DNA from: Nemertoderma westbladi
Lineage: Eukaryota; Animalia; Xenacoelomorpha
Length of the DNA stretch: 45,197 nt
Assembly: GCA_032718475.1 (NCBI GenBank)
Contig: JAUCBJ010001708.1
Span: 1-45,197 of the forward strand
Direction: 5' to 3'
Below are positions 40,939 through 45,197 of this stretch, one piece after another; the first letter of the stretch is position 1; every line of letters begins with the position of its first letter. Under the pieces are notes generated by a model. It made no database searches. It was not told the origin of the DNA and worked only from the letters and a program-made list of their open reading frames with translations. The position numbers and the translations under genes are program-made.

Positions 40939-42672
40939 TCTGGTACATCAGGATTTAAATTAGACTCCCAATGCAGTTGTTCTCATGTACTACACCATGA
41001 CCGTTAGTAGTATTGGTAGTATCCTGAGTGGATGCAATTGTATTTGTATTTATTTTTGTCATTTGTCGTTTGCAGCTTAATAAGTCCCTGTAGTGATATT
41101 ACATCATTTTGAAAACCTGACAAATTTACTTGTAATTTATGCATTTCCTTTTGCAATAATTCATATTCATCAGATTCTACTGGATGGTTCGGCTGCAACA
41201 GGAGAGCCCAAGGCTCGACAGAGAATTATGAGGTATAGATACTGCAGCCTATTTAACGGAACATAGAACCCACCATCAACACCAACTTCAAACCTCATAA
41301 TTTAACGGTCTAGTATCACTCCTTATCAAGTAGGCATTTTGCTTTGATCTTTTTTTAGGTGGATCTTTAAAGGATTTTTCCAGGAGAACGGCGAAAGCTA
41401 GAACGATTCTGTTTGCGCGATCTGGTAGATGGCCCTAGCGCGATAGCTAGGAGTTTTTGTGAAAAAAATCTGTTAATTAATTAATTAGTAATTAGCGATT
41501 AAAGATTTCTAATTGATTTTTCTCGAAAAGTATTTGGTTTTTCACCTAGCAACGGTGTTTTTTTATGTTCATCTCGGTAAGATCTAAAAAAAGTTCAGTC
41601 ATCGCTATGGCCCTCCTATTACTGTTAATTAGTACTAATTAGCCGAAAACTAATTAGCGTCGTAACTCGAAAACACTAAGAGCTATGAAAAAACGTAACA
41701 TCACAAAGTTGTTCGGAATTTTATTCTACACAAAAAAGTCTCTGGCGCCAATGCCGTATCTCCTACCGTTAATTAGTAATTAACTAATTACTTAATTACC
41801 TAATTGGCGGGGGGGCTTTGTCCCCCCCGCCCCCAAATCCTTATTCACAAGGTGTATCAAAGCGGTTTACTATTTTACAATTGATAATTATTCTAAAATC
41901 TTTTGAATCGAACTAATTAACGATTTTACTAATTAGTAAAGTTTCCCAAATTAATTAATAATTTATCCAATCCGGCTGCAATTATTAATAAGCTGATTGA
42001 TCAGCCTGGTTCAGCAAAAGTCAGCAGTTGTAGTATGCTCCAAAAACTGTGTTCATACTACTGACCTATGCCGGTCTGCCGGTAGCTACTACCTAGCTCT
42101 GTGTGTATGTAGCTAATCATAGTCTGCAGTGCCGGTTTTCTCTGGGTCTGCTATCAGTACTGTCAGTCCGAGCTGTATGCACTGCTTGCCTAGTACAACC
42201 ACATCCGGTACAGCCAGACAGCAGTACAGCGCCGCGGTACCGGGCAGCCGGGTACCTTTTGTCTGTTCTTAAGACATGTACAGATGTAAGGGGACGCTTT
42301 AGGCTTTCTGGCAGTTATTTAAAACGTTGTAGGCAGATGCCCAAAGTCGGCAATAATGTTCCCCATGTTTGGGCGCACTCTGAATGCCTAAATTACGGTT
42401 GTTTGGTGCAGTTAAAAGTTTCCCAACTTGTAGGCCTATGTAATTGCGTTATTTCAATACCTCACCCAGGGCTATCTGACGGAATGGATTTTGACCATCA
42501 AGGTGGTTAGAGGCCATTGATGGGTATCTGATGCATGCAACAGAAAATTTCATCAGACCGAAATCATGCAGTCAGGACATGATCATTACTGACCGTGTAC
42601 CGGTAGGTGTCCTGCCTATAGGCAATAACATTTTTTGATATAATATTATGTGAATATGTTTTGGCCGGTAAT

Positions 42673-42889
42673 CTGAAGCTGCAGTCTGGGTCTCAGGTCG
42701 AGACAAGACCGTGGTCACCATATCTGGCACCTGATTGGCTCTTACTTTCAAACGTCGAAAATGTGCCCAGGCCTTGATATTTTACGGTACAATTTTATGC
42801 GAAAATTTTTTGGACGGTACTCTGAAGCTCCAGTTTGGGTCCCAGGTCGCGACCATACTGTGGTCACCAGATACGGCCTCTGATTGGCT
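42673..42889. repeat. Diverged direct repeat, about 68 bp at about 149-bp spacing
   Basis: CTGAAGCT.CAGT.TGGGTC.CAGGTCG.GAC....GTGGTCACCA...CTGATTGGCT occurs twice. Confidence 0.7.
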
Positions 42890-42977
42890 GATTCTTTGAA
42901 CGTTAATAACTCAGAGTTTTATTCACGGATGATGCCCCGACAGCCCGACTCACTGATGATGTTTCATAGCTGTGACG

Positions 42978-44180
42978 ATGAGTTTAACTGGTGCATCGAC
43001 TCTGCATACGAATTATCGAGCATGGCAATGAGTTTAACCACTGCGACGACACCCCGTACAAACTATCCTCCGCGACAATGAGTTTAACCGCTGAGACGAC
43101 GCCGCGTTTGAATTATTGATCGTGGCAATGAGTTTAACCACTGCGACGACGCCGCATACGAATTATTGATCGTGGAAATGAGTTTAACCGCTGCGACGAC
43201 GCCGCGTACGAATTATTGATTGTGGAAATGAGTTTAACCGCTGCGTCGATGCCGTGTACGAATTATCCTCCGTGAAAATGAGTTTAACCACTGCGACGAC
43301 ACCGCGTACAAACTATCCTCCGCGACAATGAGTTTAACCGCTGCGACGACGCCGCGTTTGAATTATTGATCGTGGCAATGAGTTTAACCACTGCGACGAC
43401 GCCGCATACGAATTATTGATCGTGGAAATGAGTTTAACTGCTGCATCGACGCCGCGTACGAATTATCCTCCGTGGAAATGAGTTTAACCGCTGCGTCGAT
43501 GCCGTGTACGAATTATCCTCCGTGGAAATGAGTTTAACCGCTGCGTCGATGCCGTGTACGAATTATCCTCCGTGGAAATGAGTTTAACCGCTGCGTCGAT
43601 GCCGTGTACGAATTATCCTCCGTGAAAATGAGTTTAACCGCTGCGACGACACCGCGTACAAACTATCCTCCGCGACAATGAGTTTAAACGCTGAGACGAC
43701 GCCGCATACGAATTATTGATCGTGGAAATGAGTTTAACCCCTGCATCGACGCCGCGTACGAATTATCCTCCGTGGAAATGAGTTTAACCACTGCGACGAC
43801 ACCGCGTACAAACTATCCTCCGCAACAATGAGTTTAACCGCTGAGACGACGCCGCGTTTGAATTATTGATCGTGGCAATGAGTTTAACCACTGCGACGAC
43901 GCTGCATACGAATTATTGATCGTGGAAATGAGTTTAACCGCTGCGACGACGCCGCGTACGAATTATTGATTGTGGAAATGAGTTTAACCGCTGCGACGAC
44001 GCCGCGTACTAATTATTGATCGTGGAAATGAGTTTAACCGCTGCGACGACGCCGCGTACTAATTATTGATCGTGGAAATGAGTTTAACCACTGCATCGAC
44101 TACATGACACGAACAAATTATTGATCGTGGAAATGAGTTTAACCACTGCATCGACTACACGACACGTACAAATTATTGAC
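42978..44180. repeat. 50-bp CpG-rich minisatellite, about 24 copies
   Basis: AATGAGTTTAAC recurs every 50 bp from 43027. Consensus AATGAGTTTAACCGCTGCGACGACGCCGCGTACGAATTATTGATCGTGGA. Confidence 0.97.
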
Positions 44181-44577
44181 TGCGCCTACGAATTTTATTG
44201 CTGGGACAACTTTACGAATGAAATATTATCCTCGGCCACTAATGCAATAAATTAATATATAGTAATAATTTTTGCAATTTACGTAATTTACGTTTTGTAA
44301 TTTTCAACAAATTTAAATTAAATTTATAGTACTGTAATGTTTTTGTTTTGTAATAATTTATTGTAATAAATGCCAATTAATCTCAATTTACTTCTTAGTT
44401 CAACCTCTTACCTAGATATAACTACTAAAGTTAAATAAGAAACACAATTATGTGCTTATCAACCCCGCGGGATATATGTATTGGTTTTTTTTATTGGTAT
44501 TATTGGTATTGTTTACACAAATATTTTTTGGTAATTTTCTATTACCGGTATATATATAATTGTTAATTTAATTTTGT

Positions 44578-45089
44578 GTGTAAACGCTACGCCGACAACC
44601 ACTGCTAACAATCGGAAGTATGAAAATGTATCCTGAGTTCGCGACTCTTGTTTATTGTTTTGGTTAGAATAACCTTCCACTGTAACCCGATCCGATTAAT
44701 TTGTTTTAACAATGGTTGTCGGCGTTGGTTGTCGGTTGTCGGCATTTTTACACCCTTTAATTTTGCAGTTGTATATTAACAATGGTTGTCGGAGTTGGTT
44801 GTCAATTGTCGGCGTTTTTACACCCTTTAATTTTGCAGTTGTGTATATTACAACAGGGCGATATCCATTCATTTTAATTTTTTTGTTATAAAACAGTTTT
44901 AATTAATGCAAAGTAGCAAATGCCACGCTGTTATCCAACAACCACAGCTGAATTTGAAACTGAAACCTGTGCTAATGACTCTCGTTTATTGTTTTGGTTA
45001 AAATGACCTTCCGCTGTAACCTGTTCATTTACACTCATTTATAATTACCATTAATTAGTGCTAATTGGTTTTCAGCCTAGCGTTTACAC
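44578..45089. mobile_element. MITE-like element with 24-bp imperfect TIRs and internal duplications
   Basis: GTGTAAACGCTACGCCGACAACCA versus the reverse complement of the right end, GTGTAAACGCTAGGCTGAAAACCA (21/24). Internal 70-bp tandem duplication at 44708-44840. No TSD recognised. Confidence 0.65.
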
Positions 45090-45197
45090 CTTTGTAACGC
45101 CAGCATTTGTATTTAAGTAATAGCGATTTCTTGCACGACGCCACTCATTATTTTGTAATTCCAAACAACTTTGTATAAAATATCATATACATATACA

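Noticed and set aside
41200-41990. Possible LTR or DNA-transposon remnant with AATTAG repeats next to gag
   Set aside because: It looks repeat-derived, but no paired LTR, PBS, TIR or TSD could be established.
42978-44180. CRISPR-like array (constant head plus variable remainder)
   Set aside because: The putative spacers are variants of one another rather than unique sequences. There are no cas genes and the context is eukaryotic.

Overview
AT-rich, repeat-laden eukaryotic DNA, probably from an invertebrate animal, with GT-AG introns and no operons. It carries three host genes. The first is a spliced type-B carboxylesterase/cholinesterase-fold gene (+, at least 8 exons, 1492-14848) that seems to have lost its catalytic triad. 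The second is an intronless SLC18B1-like MFS transporter nested on the same strand inside that gene's 8.3-kb intron. The third is an intronless, full-length ABCA5-like transporter (29743-34722). Most of the rest is mobile or repetitive DNA. The most notable element is a 585-bp ORF-less insertion (4165-4749) with a 13-bp TSD, two tandem minimal hammerhead ribozymes 343 nt apart and a terminal inversion, i.e. a retrozyme or non-autonomous Penelope-type RNA element. Other elements include a 9.5-kb strand-biased GGTAG/TTAGG satellite holding a young RTE retrotransposon (78-bp TSD) and two copies of a CRE-clade endonuclease fragment. There are also L2, RTE-X-like, BEL/Pao and Gypsy relics, non-autonomous TIR elements with 9-bp and 6-bp TSDs, and 79-bp and 50-bp minisatellites. 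All calls were made by eye from motifs; no database searches were run.
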